Shown in pieces: positions 1 to 13,835 of a DNA stretch of 64,000 bases. Source of the DNA: Octopus vulgaris (lineage: Eukaryota); contig OX597827.1 in the NCBI GenBank assembly GCA_951406725.2, forward strand, positions 14,074,001 to 14,138,000. Reading direction: 5' to 3'. The notes under the pieces were generated by a model. That model was not told where the DNA came from. It saw only the letters and a list, made by a program, of their open reading frames with translations, and did not search any database. Made by a program: the position numbers and the translations under genes. How positions within the stretch are numbered: the first letter of the stretch is position 1; each line of letters begins with the position of its first letter.

Positions 1-128
1 CATTAGAATAAGTACCAGGTTTAACAAAAATTAAGTATTGGGGTTGATTCATTTAACCAAAAATTCTTCAAGGCAGTGCCCCAACATGGCCACAGTCTAA
101 TCGCAAAAACAAGTAAAAGGTAAAAGAT
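1..128 (+). mobile_element. SINE family A, 3' part (cut by window edge)
   Basis: Matches the 3' half of other A copies (tagaataagtac...gtgccccaacatggccacagtc...aaacaagtaaaag). Confidence 0.75.
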
Positions 129-138
129 ATATATACTG

Positions 139-243
139 TTTTACTCTTTTACTCCTTTACTTGTTTCAATCATTTGACTGTGGCCATACTGGAGCACTGC
201 CTTTAGTCGAACAAACTGACCACAGGACTTATTCTCTGTAAGC

Positions 244-285
<42 letters not shown>

Positions 286-440
286 AACGGCAGGCTTCTT
301 TCAGTTTCCAACTACCAAATCCAGTCAGAAGGCTTTGGTCGGCCCAGGGCTATAGTAGAAGACACTTGCCCAAGGTGCCACATAGTGGGACTGAACCCGG
401 AACCATGTGGTTTGTAAAGAAGCTACATACCACACAGCCA
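139..440 (-). mobile_element. tRNA-derived SINE family A (internally deleted)
   Basis: Reverse complement of the A consensus: head with GGTTCAGTCCC box B, (CA)n middle, aagtaaaagag tail. Confidence 0.85.
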
Positions 441-467
441 CCCACACAAACACATACGTGCACATAT

Positions 468-806
468 ACTCTTTTACTTGTTTCAGTCATTTGACTGCGG
501 CCATGCAGGAGCACCACCTTTAATTGAGCAATTAGACCCAGGGCTTATTCTTTTTGTAAGCCCAGTACTTATTCTACCGGTCTCTTTTTGCCGAACCGCT
601 AAGTAACGGGGACATAAACACACACACGCATATATATATACATATATACGACAGGCTTCTTTCAGTTTCTGTCTACCAAATCCACTCACAAGGCTTTGGT
701 CGGCCCGAGGCTATAGAAGACACTTGCCCAAAGTGCCACGCAGTGGGACTGAACCCGGAACCATGTGGTTAGTAAACAAGCTACTTACCACACAGCCACA
801 CCTGCG

Positions 807-809
<3 letters not shown>
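468..809 (-). mobile_element. tRNA-derived SINE family A
   Basis: Minus strand starts ggcgcaggtgtggctgtgtggtaagtagcttg and has ggttccgggttcagtccc (box A/B-like); homologous to about 20 other copies in the window. Confidence 0.9.
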
Positions 810-855
<46 letters not shown>

Positions 856-996
856 GTAATAATGAAGGGTGAAATTAATTAATTTGGAATAATTATCAAT
901 TACACCAAGTAGTCTTCGGCATGTAAAAGCCTCATTCGAGGAAAATTTAAGTAATACATATATATATATATATATACATTATATATACATACATAC

Positions 997-1038
<42 letters not shown>

Positions 1039-1069
1039 TATGTATGTATGTATGTATATATGTACACAT

Positions 1070-1260
1070 TGTACCCCAATAATTTTGGGCTTCTAACTGG
1101 TTTTGGATACGCTAACTGTTCACAGTGGAAATACCACAAATAATTCACTGAGCTGTAGAATGCTTTGTGGATAGAAGCCAATGTATTTCTTTTGTTGCCA
1201 TTTGCAGAGAGAAATTAGGAGAGTAGCTAGTAGGATGTTGTCCATTGTTCTATAAAAATA
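1070..1260 (-). mobile_element. possible Tc1/mariner remnant
   Basis: Minus strand gives HPTSYSPNFS, resembling the mariner HPPYSPDLAP motif; very degenerate. Confidence 0.3.
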
Positions 1261-1605
1261 TTTGTGTACATACACGCATGTGTACATACACGTATTTATG
1301 TGCGTATTCATCATTATTTTTTTTTCCTAATCTGTCTTTGAGAGCTAGAGACAATATTGTAATTAGGATTAGCTTTAGAATTTAGGACTAAAAGAAGAAA
1401 GATGTTATTTTTTGAAGTTTATTTAAAGCTTACCAGCATGAGTTTCCACCATGCAGTTAATCCTTAGAATAAACTTATAACAAAAAAAAAAGAAGAAAGA
1501 AAAAAAAAATCTATAATTCTAATGCTAATACTTATTACAGTATTCCCTCTACCTCGCAAAAATAGAAAATGAGTAAAATAAAACTAGCATAAGCATATAC
1601 TCATG

Positions 1606-2010
<405 letters not shown>

Positions 2011-2279
2011 TGCATGCAACTACTCTACAGAACAATGAAATGCATGCTACCTGCAGCAGAGATGAAACTGAGCTGGAATAATAAACATCACCCACAATTC
2101 GATTTTATGCATGTATATATATATATATATAGATATACATACATATATGTGCGTGTGCATGTTGCATGCGTGTGTGTGTGTGTGTGTGCATGTGAGCGTG
2201 TGTGTGTGATGCATATACATAAAACATGCATAATTTATAATATGGAAATACATATGTGTATATATCTATCTATCTATCA

Positions 2280-2341
<62 letters not shown>

Positions 2342-2616
2342 TCACACAGAGAAAGAAAGAGAGAGTAGTATATGTGTATATGCAAAATATATGGCTGCAG
2401 CTCTCAAGCTGAAACCAGAAGAAAAAGTATATACTATATATACATTTTAGAAAAAGATAGTTACGGCCGGTCTATGAGGTCACCCAGGGTTTCACAGCCC
2501 TAAAGCACTTAGCTTCACAGCATCCCCTCAGACCCTAATGGCCAGTGGCCTATAACCTTCCTTCAAAGTGGAGGAAGAAAAGACCTTGTGGCTAGTTGTT
2601 GAATACATATATATAC

Positions 2617-2783
2617 ACTTTTACTCTTTTACTTGTTTCAGTCATTTGACTCTGGCCATGCTGGATCACCACTTCTAGTCGAGCAAATCGACCCCAGGAC
2701 TTATTCTTTGTAAGCCTAGTACTTATTCTATCGGTCTTTTTTGCCAAACCGCTATGTTACGGGGACGTAAACACACCAGCATC
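2617..2783 (-). mobile_element. SINE family A, 3' half
   Basis: ttttacttgtttcagtcatttgac...gtaaacacaccagcatc matches family A. Confidence 0.85.
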
Positions 2784-2888
2784 TGTTTTCATAGTTTACT
2801 TTGTACCTTCTCACACTGTTCTGGCTTTCCACAACTGTATTCGTTAAACTGTACCTCAAGGTTTCACAAAAAGCATATACATACATAT

Positions 2889-2939
<51 letters not shown>

Positions 2940-3201
2940 TATGTATGTAGATTTTTCCGTCCTTGTTTTTGTATTCATTTGCTTCCTTATTTCCAAGGAA
3001 TCTAATGCTCTCAGCATAGCTTTTCCTGGCCAGATTGCAACAATGTCAAGAATAATCAGCTGAAATTGCAAGGATAATCTGGTTCTTGACTGAAGATAGA
3101 AAACTTCAAATGACCCATCCTTGTCTATCTGGATGTTTTGTTGTCCCTTTTTGAATCACCTAGTTGTCCGGATGTTTTGCGTTCTTATCCCATTTTGTAT
3201 T

Positions 3202-3242
<41 letters not shown>

Positions 3243-4326
3243 CCACAAGTTTTCTTTTATTCTCTCTCTGTTTATTTCCTCATGTTCCTTCTGGATGATA
3301 AAATAGCGGGTAAAAAAACAAAACATGAAGAGAGGGAATTTTCAAGATTTAGAGTGTAAGTAAACAGAATTGAACAATTGGATTTCTTAACTTTGCTACA
3401 ACATACTGCTAAATGAATAGCAATAAAAATTATAATGAGTGCTATATTTGAAACAGAATTGAACATTTGCATTCTTAACTTAACTATATACATATATACA
3501 CATATATATACATAAAAGCTACCTTTCTTTCCTTCCCTGAGTGTCTGCTAATACTTTGCATGTACCATGTCCTCGGGTTGTTGTTTTTTTTCTTGTGTGT
3601 GTTCTTCATTTTTTTGGATTTGCTATTTACTGCATGCTCACATGAACCCCCAGCCTTCCGACTGACCTTGGAAGACCTAATTCACGGAATTCTTTTTACC
3701 ATCAGATTACATTACTTTGTTCATTCGGAATGCGCCATTTGCACCTTGCTTATACATACATACATACATACATTACATACATACATACATTACATTACAT
3801 TACATACATACATACATGTATATTTATATGTATAGATATATATATATATAATACATATATGTGTTTGTGTGTGTATATATATATATATACACACACATAC
3901 ATACACACATACACTTTTTCGCCTCCACCAGAGAGTCAATATTAGATATTAACTTTATATAGATATCAATATATATTAAATATTAACTTTACCTAAAGCA
4001 TACATATAATATAAAACTAATGAGTTATCTAAAAGATTGTGCAGGTGTTGATATTCGTCTTTATCAATAGTGTTTTTAATAGGATAGTGGATTGACCAGG
4101 CTATTAAAGTATTTGACAAAATACTTAATGCTTTTGAGTTATTGTCTTCTACATTCTGAATTCAAAACCTATATCTGTCAAGATTACTATTTAGCCTTCT
4201 GGATTTGTTGAAATTAATATCAGTCAAATACTGGCATTGATTTAATGTATTGTTTCCTTCCCCAGAATTTGTGGCACTGTAGTTATCTTATAAATTATTA
4301 TCATTATTAATATTTTAACTAGGGCA

Positions 4327-4547
4327 AAGGAAGTGAGTCAGCAGAATCATTAGCATGCAGGGAAAAATTCTTAGCAGGATTTCGTCCGTCGTTTTGTTCT
4401 GAGTTCAAAGTCCACTGGGGTCAACTTTGCCTGTCTTCCTTTCATGGTCGATAAAAGAAAGTACCAGTTGAACTCTGGTGTTGATGTAGTCGACTTATTT
4501 CCTCCCAAAACCTCCTACACTTCTGCCAAATTTTGAAACCAATATTA
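4327..4547 (+). mobile_element. SINE family B (diverged, variant tail)
   Basis: gcagaatcattagc...ttctgagttcaaag...gtcaactttgcc...ggtcgataaaag...agtaccag. Confidence 0.75.
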
Positions 4548-5058
4548 AAAGTAGGGCAAAGCTAAGCTCAGTGACAGATTTGGTAAAGTACTCGACCAAA
4601 GAAGTTCTTATAGTCAGTTAAAAGGTTTAGCAGTTTAAGTTAAAATCTTCTTGAGGTGAGTTTTTTTCCTTTCATTTTCCCAGAGTCAATAAAATCATAC
4701 ATTAATGAAATGAAGCAATTAATATAATACCGCAATAGGTGCTTTGTGCTGATATTAAGAAATGAATATTAATGCTTTTATCATAAGTTTTTCTTGTTCT
4801 GTCAATTTGGTTTCCATTTCTTGCTAAGTGTCTTCCTGACACCTAGGGCAAAGAAACTTACTGTTTACATTGAGAGGTCATTAAAATAAGCTCACCAGAT
4901 CGTTCATTTACAAAATCAAAAAAAATTATGTAAGAAAACAAACATTATTTACATGGAAGGCTTTCATTCTCACACTCACAATGCTCTTCTCAATACACAT
5001 GACATACTAGTTAAAACAATTTTTTGCTATTCTTGCAGGGTTGGTCAGCCAGGGATCA

Positions 5059-5300
5059 TTCATCATCATCATCATCATCATCATCGTTTAACGTCCACTT
5101 TCCATGCTAGCATGCGTTGAACGATTTTGACTGAGGGCTGGCAAACCAGATGGCTGCACCAGGCTCCAATCTTGATTTGGCAGAGTTTCTACAGCTGGAT
5201 GCCCTTCCTAACGCCAACCACTCTGAGAGTGTAGTGGGTGCTTTTTATGTGCCACCAGCACAGGGACCAGTCAGGCGGTACTGGCAATGACCTTGCTCAC
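5059..5300 (-). mobile_element. family C retroposon, (GAT)n-tailed; duplicate at ~7940-8177
   Basis: (cat)n cgtttaacgtcc...ggatgcccttcctaacgccaaccactc...gtgccacc. Confidence 0.85.
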
Positions 5301-5627
5301 ATAATTTTCAGTTCCTTTTTCAGTTCATTTGTAGCATTCCTACAATCACAGGTATTGTAACTGCCTTGGAATACCACATTATTTTTATTTTATTTCAATA
5401 TTCGAGGCAGGATTTTTATGATGCCCCCTCCACCCCAGATGCATTTCCTGTTGTCAGTCTTTATCTATTTTTCAAGTAAGAGAGATTTTATTCCAGAGAA
5501 ATTTGAAAGCAGAGAGATTAGAAAAAATGACATCGCTGCTGGTAGTCATAGCTCAGTGTAGACTGGAACATTCCCTCAATGCATTTGCACTCAAACATAC
5601 AGATATGCATACATAGACACATACATG

Positions 5628-5940
5628 TGTGGAGGCACATGGCCTAGTGGTTAGAGCAGTGGACTCGTGGTCGAGGGATCGCAGGTTCGAATCTCAGACC
5701 GGGCAATGTGTGTGTTTATGAGCGGATCACCTAAGCTTCACGCGGCTCCGGCAGAAGGTAATGGCAAACTTCTGCTGACTCTTTCGCCACAACTTTCTCT
5801 CACTCTTTTCTCCTGCATCTCACTCTTTCCTCCTGTTCACCTGCGACGGACCAGCGTCCCGTCCAGGTGGGGAACCTATACGCCAAGGAAACCAGGAAAC
5901 CGGCCCTTATGGGCCAGGCATGGCTCAAGAAGGAAGGAAC
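5628..5940 (+). mobile_element. tRNA(Arg-like)-derived SINE family D
   Basis: Box A TGGCCTAGTGG (5640-5650), box B GGTTCGAATC (5684-5693), TCG at the anticodon-like position; followed by a ~240-bp non-tRNA body also seen at 8510 and 47615. Confidence 0.85.
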
Positions 5941-6151
5941 ACATACATGTACAAATATAAATATACTCGTATCAACCAGTAAAAAGGGTTTATTGTTCTT
6001 GTTCTTGTTCTTCTTATCATCATCATCATCATCAACATCATTATTATTATATATGACGGACTCCTTGCCGTTTCCTTCTCTTAAATTCTCAATAGTCTTC
6101 CAAGGGCTGAAAATGAGAAGGTCTAACTCAAAACTCATGCAGATGCAACTT

Positions 6152-6189
<38 letters not shown>

Positions 6190-6192
<3 letters not shown>

Positions 6193-6768
6193 TTATAAAA
6201 TCAGATAGGGGTTGAAAATTCAACCCACCATGAGATAACATATATCCAATATACTGCTAGAGAGGTACCCAACAAGACTAATACATAAATGTTAAAAATT
6301 GCCAAGCAATTAGTCCATCTACTGTATTATATGGGCAAAGGTAAAAATATTACCGTAAATTAATTCTACAAAATTAGAAAATGGAGAAACATACTTAAAT
6401 CAATCAAACATCAACCAACAGATGATACCCAATCAATACTTTATTACACCATTACATAACAGTAAAGGCATTATACAAAATATATTGTAAATATAATTAG
6501 ACAAGGAAATAGAAATATAAAATATAAAATATAAAATATAATATGTAATTATATCATATCTGACAGCTGTTTCGGCAGTAAGGAGCAATCATGCCTCATT
6601 TAACCTATAAGCCATATAAGGCAGGTATAAATGAGACATTAACAAGGATGCCCCACGGCCTCTTCAGAGAATTTAATAAATTATAATTGTGAGAAAATTT
6701 TTTTGGGTATCATCTGTTGGTTGATGTTTGATTGATTTAAGTATGTTTCTCCATTTTCTAATTTTGTA

Positions 6769-6769
<1 letters not shown>
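6190..6769 (-). mobile_element. Penelope-like terminal fragment with partial inverted repeat; duplicate at ~9071-9643
   Basis: Flanked by (TA)n; ~66-bp inverted repeat 6366-6432 / 6703-6769; contains a hammerhead-like core. Confidence 0.7.
6559..6670 (-). ncRNA. minimal type I hammerhead-ribozyme-like motif
   Basis: Minus strand: tct-CTGAAGA-GGC...GCC-GAAA-CAGCTG-TC-aga. CUGANGA and GAAA core boxes, palindromic stem III, GUC triplet, tct/aga stem I. Confidence 0.65.
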
Positions 6770-6816
<47 letters not shown>

Positions 6817-7188
6817 AACCTGCATGGTGTGCATGTAGTTGTCCCTCAAAACAAAACTGGACTTCCTGTTGTCAAGGGTTCCAGATGAGCCTACCTCACA
6901 GCAGGAAACACAGATGAAGGCAGTGGCATCAAACACCCTCATTCACCAAATGCCACATATCAGAGGAGGTTTCAAATAATGGTGTAGCACAGTCAACGGT
7001 GGTGCCCCAGCATGACCACAGCTTTAAGACTGAAACACTTTAAAGAATATATATATATCAGTGGGTGTGTGTGTATGCATACATACATACAGACAGACAG
7101 ACAGAAAGACACACACACACACACACAATACATACATACATACATACATACATACATACGTACATACATACATACATAAATATATACA

Positions 7189-7222
<34 letters not shown>

Positions 7223-8509
7223 CATACATACATACATACATACATACATTCATTCATTTTATTTCGTCCGTCGTTTTGTTCTGAGTTCAAAGTCCACTGG
7301 GGTCAACTTTGCCTGTCTTCCTTTCATGGTCGATAAAAGAAAGTACCAGTTGAACTCTGGTGTTGATGTAGTCGACTTATTTCCTCCCAAAACCTCCTAC
7401 ACTTCTGCCAAATTTTGAAACCAATATTAAAAGTAGGGCAAAGCTAAGCTCAGTGACAGATTTGGTAAAGTACTCGACCAAAGAAGTTCTTATAGTCAGT
7501 TAAAAGGTTTAGCAGTTTAAGTTAAAATCTTCTTGAGGTGAGTTTTTTTCCTTTCATTTTCCCAGAGTCAATAAAATCATACATTAATGAAATGAAGCAA
7601 TTAATATAATACCGCAATAGGTGCTTTGTGCTGATATTAGAAATGAATATTAATGCTTTTATCATAAGTTTTTCTTGTTCTGTCAATTTGGTTTCCATTT
7701 CTTGCTAAGTGTCTTCCTGACACCTAGGGCAAAGAAACTTACTGTTTACATTGAGAGGTCATTAAAATAAGCTCACCAGATCGTTCATTTACAAAATCAA
7801 AAAAAATTATGTAAGAAAACAAACATTATTTACATGGAAGGCTTTCATTCTCACACTCACAATGCTCTTCTCAATACACATGACATACTAGTTAAAACAA
7901 TTTTTTGCTATTCTTGCAGGGTTGGTCAGCCAGGGATCATTCATCATCATCATCATCATCATCGTTAACGTCCACTTTCCATGCTAGCATGCGTTGAACG
8001 ATTTTGACTGAGGGCTGGCAAACCAGATGGCTGCACCAGGCTCCAATCTTGATTTGGCAGAGTTTCTACAGCTGGATGCCCTTCCTAACGCCAACCACTC
8101 TGAGAGTGTAGTGGGTGCTTTTTATGTGCCACCAGCACAGGGACCAGTCAGGCGGTACTGGCAATGACCTTGCTCACATAATTTTCAGTTCCTTTTTCAG
8201 TTCATTTGTAGCATTCCTACAATCACAGGTATTGTAACTGCCTTGGAATACCACATTATTTTTATTTTATTTCAATATTCGAGGCAGGATTTTTATGATG
8301 CCCCCTCCACCCCAGATGCATTTCCTGTTGTCAGTCTTTATCTATTTTTCAAGTAAGAGAGATTTTATTCCAGAGAAATTTGAAAGCAGAGAGATTAGAA
8401 AAAATGACATCGCTGCTGGTAGTCATAGCTCAGTGTAGACTGGAACATTCCCTCAATGCATTTGCACTCAAACATACAGATATGCATACACACATAGACA
8501 CATATACAT

Positions 8510-8823
8510 GTGTGGAGGCACATGGCCTAGTGGTTAGAGCAGTGGACTCGTGGTCGAGGGATCGCAGGTTCGAATCTCAGACCGGGCAATGTGTGTGTTT
8601 ATGAGCGGATCACCTAAGCTTCACGCGGCTCCGGCAGAAGGTAATGGCAAACTTCTGCTGACTCTTTCGCCACAACTTTCTCTCACTCTTTTCTCCTGCA
8701 TCTCACTCTTTCCTCCTGTTCACCTGCGACGGACCAGCGTCCCGTCCAGGTGGGGAACCTATACGCCAAGGAAACCAGGAAACCGGCCCTTATGGGCCAG
8801 GCATGGCTCAAGAAGGAAGGAAC
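8510..8823 (+). mobile_element. SINE family D (inside the duplication)
   Basis: Near-identical to 5628-5940. Confidence 0.85.
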
Positions 8824-9033
8824 ACATACATGTACAAATATAAATATACTCGTATCAACCAGTAAAAAGGGTTTATTGTTCTTGTTCTTGTTCTTCTTAT
8901 CATCATCATCATCATCAACATCATTATTATTATATATGACGGACTCCTTGCCGTTTCCTTCTCTTAAATTCTCAATAGTCTTCCAAGGGCTGAAAATGAG
9001 AAGGTCTAACTCAAAACTCATGCAGATGCAACT

Positions 9034-9074
<41 letters not shown>

Positions 9075-9433
9075 TTATAAAATCAGATAGGGGTTGAAAA
9101 TTCAACCCACCATGGGATAACATATATCCAATATACTGCTAGAGAGGTACCCAACAAGACTAATACATAAATGTTAAAAATTGCCAAGCAATTAGTCCAT
9201 CTACTGTATTATATGGGCAAAGGTAAAAATATTACCGTAAATTAATTCTACAAAATTAGAAAATGGAGAAACATACTTAAATCAATCAAACATCAACCAA
9301 CAGATGATACCCAATCAATACTTTATTACACCATTACATAACAGTAAAGGCATTATACAAAATATATTGTAAATATAATTAGACAAGGAAATAGAAATAT
9401 AAAATATAAAATATAATATGTAATTATATCATA

Positions 9434-9544
9434 TCTGACAGCTGTTTCGGCAGTAAGGGCAATCATGCCTCATTTAACCTATAAGCCATATAAGGCAGGT
9501 ATAAATGAGACATTAACAAGGATGCCCCACGGCCTCTTCAGAGA
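9434..9544 (-). ncRNA. hammerhead-like motif (duplicate copy)
   Basis: Same core as 6559-6670, with a 1-nt deletion in the stem II insert. Confidence 0.6.
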
Positions 9545-9642
9545 ATTTAATAAATTATAATTGTGAGAAAATTTTTTTCGGTATCATCTGTTGGTTGATG
9601 TTTGATTGATTTAAGTATGTTTCTCCATTTTCTAATTTTGTA

Positions 9643-9690
<48 letters not shown>

Positions 9691-10022
9691 AACCTGCATG
9701 GTGTGCATGTAGTTGTCCCTCAAAACAAAACTGGACTTCCTGTTGTCAAGGGTTCCAGATGAGCCTACCTCACAGCAGGAAACACAGATGAAGGCAGTGG
9801 CATCAAACACCCTCATTCACCAAATGCCACATATCAGAGGAGGTTTCAAATAATGGTGTAGCACAGTCAACGGTGGTGCCCCAGCATGACCACAGCTTTA
9901 AGACTGAAACACTTTAAAGAATATATATATATCAGTGGGTGTGTGTGTATGCATACATACATACATACAGACAGACAGAAAGACACACACACACACACAC
10001 AATACATACATACATACATACA

Positions 10023-10056
<34 letters not shown>

Positions 10057-10635
10057 CATACATACATACATACATACATACATACATACATACATACATA
10101 CATACATACATTCATTCATTTTATTTCATTTTTGGATTTGGTTTGCAAGATTCTTTATGCGAGTTCGTGTTGTGTCTGGGGAGACCTCAGTAGAATTTGA
10201 ACTCTGATAGTCATGAAAATATTAACTCAACAAACCAATTTCCAATTTTTTCACCTCTTAAGAAAGAAGTCAAAAAATACAAAAAATATAAACATGGGCT
10301 TCTGTCAGAATTACTCATAGAAATTCTCGCTTCATTTGCATATTCTCTCTATCTGTGGCTCTAAGCAGTTGCAGTGCATTTAGAATAATGAGATTCATTC
10401 AGCATTTGCTATGTTACAGGTTCAATTCTATATGATTTCCTGATAGGTTTGCTGATAATAGCAACCCATACATAAAGACTATTTTGTCTAGAGGTACTTC
10501 AAATGGGTTTCATTTTTATAAGGTGTTTCTCAACTTTTCAGTAATGAGATATTTACATTGGAATACACAGTTATGTATGCATGATATATATTCATAAACA
10601 CTCGTTTATATACACAAAACCCCACACTCACATAT

Positions 10636-10675
<40 letters not shown>

Positions 10676-11211
10676 CAAACACACTGATATATTAAAAAAT
10701 ACTCATGAATTACAATCTCAGTGTTAAATGCTAATGTCTGTGCATATGTATGTTTGTGCATGTGTGCATGTGTGCATGTGTATGTGTGCATGTGTGTGTG
10801 TGTGTATGTGTGTGTGAGCATGCGTAATTGCTTTCCTCGGAGCAGAGTTTTGAATCTGTCACTACCCTTTTCTGGGAAGAATAGAAATAGGAAATTCGGA
10901 GTAACAACAGAGTAAAACTCGAGTTATGAATAAATGAATGAACTCCATTAGATGTAATGGCTCATTTCTTGTTCATTTACTAACCCAAATATCTATCTAT
11001 ATATATATGTATATATGTATGTATGTATGCATATAAATATGTTTGTAAATATATATATACGTACATATATCATCATCATCATCATCATCGTTTAACGTCC
11101 GCTTTCATATATATATCTATATATATATATACATACACATACACGCGCACACACACACATATATATATATACATACATATACAGATATATATATATATAG
11201 ATACATACAAT

Positions 11212-11244
<33 letters not shown>

Positions 11245-11706
11245 GCATATATATGTGCATATATATACACACACATATATACACAGATATACATGTACAT
11301 ATATATGTTTATCGAAGGTTGTAGATATATGTGTGCTATTCATCTATGAATGCATACATATACACATACTCTCTCTCTCTTTCTCTCTCTCTCACCTATA
11401 CACACACACACACACACACACATGCATGCACTCATACATATTCACATATATTTATATTTATATATTTATATAATGTGCATGCTATTATGATCATGACTGT
11501 GTGTATGTGTGTGTGTGTGTGCATATGAGCATGCATACCTATGCATGTGTATGTATGTGTGCACGAGAGAGAGAAAGAGGAAGAGAAAGAAAGTAAGAGA
11601 GAGAGAGAAAGAGATCTTGTACATACACAAATATACAATTTCCATAGCCACAAACATAATCAGGTATATTAAAATGGAAAAATATTGTAGAAAAAGAATA
11701 AAAAGA

Positions 11707-11762
<56 letters not shown>

Positions 11763-12289
11763 ACCAAATAAATGTCCATGGAATAGAAATTAATTAAATA
11801 TAAAAAAGTAGCATCATTATAGAACTACCATTATCTGGCATAACAAACACAATGGGAATGTTTTTGGTGTAATATCAAATAAATGAGAAATTCAGAACTA
11901 AAAATATTTTACCAATGAAACCTTCAACACAATGTTGGAAAGAGTATATAGATTGAAAGATTTCAAAATAGACCGTGTTAAAAAAAAAGAGCATACATTA
12001 TACATTATACGTATGTGAATTTCCAACAACAAACACACACAGAGATATTTAATGTTGTTGTGCTACAGAAATATGTATATATGTTAAATGACGAATGTAC
12101 AAAAAAATATTATTACACATGAATGTATGCATGTGTGTGTGTATGTGTATATATATATATGTCCGTGAGTATGTATGTGTGAGTATATATATATATATAT
12201 ATATTCATTTATTTATTTATTAATATATGCATACATACATATATATATATATGTAATATTATAGTATGTGTATATTTACATATAAACAA

Positions 12290-12328
<39 letters not shown>

Positions 12329-12655
12329 GAAGATAGATAGTTAGGTATATAGATACTTATGTCTACATGCAGGCATAATTATAATGATATTATAATTATA
12401 ATATATACATATGCATACATCCTCATATGAATGCATATGAATTTATGTATGGATGTATGTATGCTTCTGTGTGTGTGTGGGTGTATGTGTATGTGTGTGC
12501 AATTATACATATATCTATGTGTGTGTGTATATATGTATATATATGTATGCATGTATGCATATATGCATGTATGTAAGTTGGTATGTATTATGTAGGTATA
12601 CTTCTATATGTACATCTACATATATTTATATATACATACAAATATATATATACAT

Positions 12656-12686
<31 letters not shown>

Positions 12687-13070
12687 CGCACATAGATGCA
12701 TATATAGACACCTAGAGGGAAAGAATATGTGTGTAAGCATGTGCACATATCACCATATGTGTATAGGTATAGTCTAGTTTTCTAATGAATTATATCATTT
12801 CCTGGATTAGGTAAAGTAGTTTTACTCACCTAACAGCAACGTTTGGAAACATTGTAAAGCCAATGAATTTTTTAAAGAACAGAATTGTCTTCCTTTTGTC
12901 TTCCTTTGCCTTACATTAATATTTGTCAATGAAAAATGGGATTCTGTGTGAAACTTTGTTATTCTTCTTTCCAATGTCATGTCGCATGTGGTCCATTGTT
13001 TTACCGAGTATTTCTGCTTATGCTGTGTACAAGCACACATACATTCATACATATACACATATATACATAC

Positions 13071-13103
<33 letters not shown>

Positions 13104-13126
13104 CATACATATATATATATATACAT

Positions 13127-13835
13127 AATTCAAAATAAGCCACAAAGATATCCAGAGGTAATGCAGTATGATCGTTTCATACAACACCATTTAATTGAAC
13201 AACGCAATCATTACATCAATTTAAAATGCAGAGCAATCTTCAGCTGCACAAAGACATAGAATTTAATTAAATTAGAACAGATGGACACATTAGCATAATT
13301 ATACGTAAAATCTTCAAGAAGTTAAGGAGATAGACAAAGAACATGCTTTTCAAGAAGATATACATCGTCACAGATTCTGCCTGTCATTCAGCCTTAGATA
13401 TACAAGGGTTTTGATAAACTAGTCTATAAATTAAAACTGACCCCATAAAAACAAAAAATTAGTGACAGTCAGAGTCTGTAACAATGTATATCTTCTTGAA
13501 AAGCTTAGTATCTTCTTTGCTGAAGTAAGAACAGCATGTTCTTTGTCTATCTCCTTAACTTCTTGGAGATTTTAAGTATAATTATACTAATGTGTCCATC
13601 TGTTCTAATTTAATTAAATTCTATGTCTTTGTGCAGCTGAAGATTGCTCTGCATTTTAAATTGATGCAATGATTGCATTATTCATTTAAATGGAGTTGCA
13701 TGAAACGATCGTACTGCATTACCTTTGGATATCCTTGCTGCTTATTTTGAATTTTAATCACCTTACTTTGAAATTGTATGGATAATACCGTACTAAATTC
13801 TGGTGCCTCAAATTAAGTACCATATTCATCTGAAT
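13127..13835. mobile_element. Penelope-like element with long inverted arms (13127-13386 / 13463-13753)
   Basis: Reverse-complement arms of ~260 bp with a ~75-bp spacer and a ~30-bp indel; embedded in (TA)n; hammerhead-like core in each arm. Confidence 0.75.
13632..13718 (+). ncRNA. minimal hammerhead-like motif
   Basis: tgcag-CTGAAGA-ttgc...gcat-GAAA-CGATCG-TA-ctgca: 5-bp stem I, palindromic stem III, GUA triplet. Confidence 0.6.

Larger units (their letters stand above)
4379..10127. repeat. ~2.88-kb tandem duplication (4379-7260 and 7261-10127)
   Basis: Collinear near-identical copies, both starting atttcgtccgtcgttttgttctgag; they differ in microsatellite lengths and a few SNPs/indels; ATTTC microhomology at the junction. 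Confidence 0.95.

Noticed and set aside
5628-5700. tRNA-Arg-like gene (and similar heads in families A, B and E)
   Set aside because: No proper acceptor-stem closure or oligo-T terminator, and always attached to a repeated SINE body.
5667-6154. Repeated 95-146 aa ORFs (MVEGSQVRISDR..., also at 8550 and 47615)
   Set aside because: They recur because they lie in SINE D and the tandem duplication; no protein-like features.
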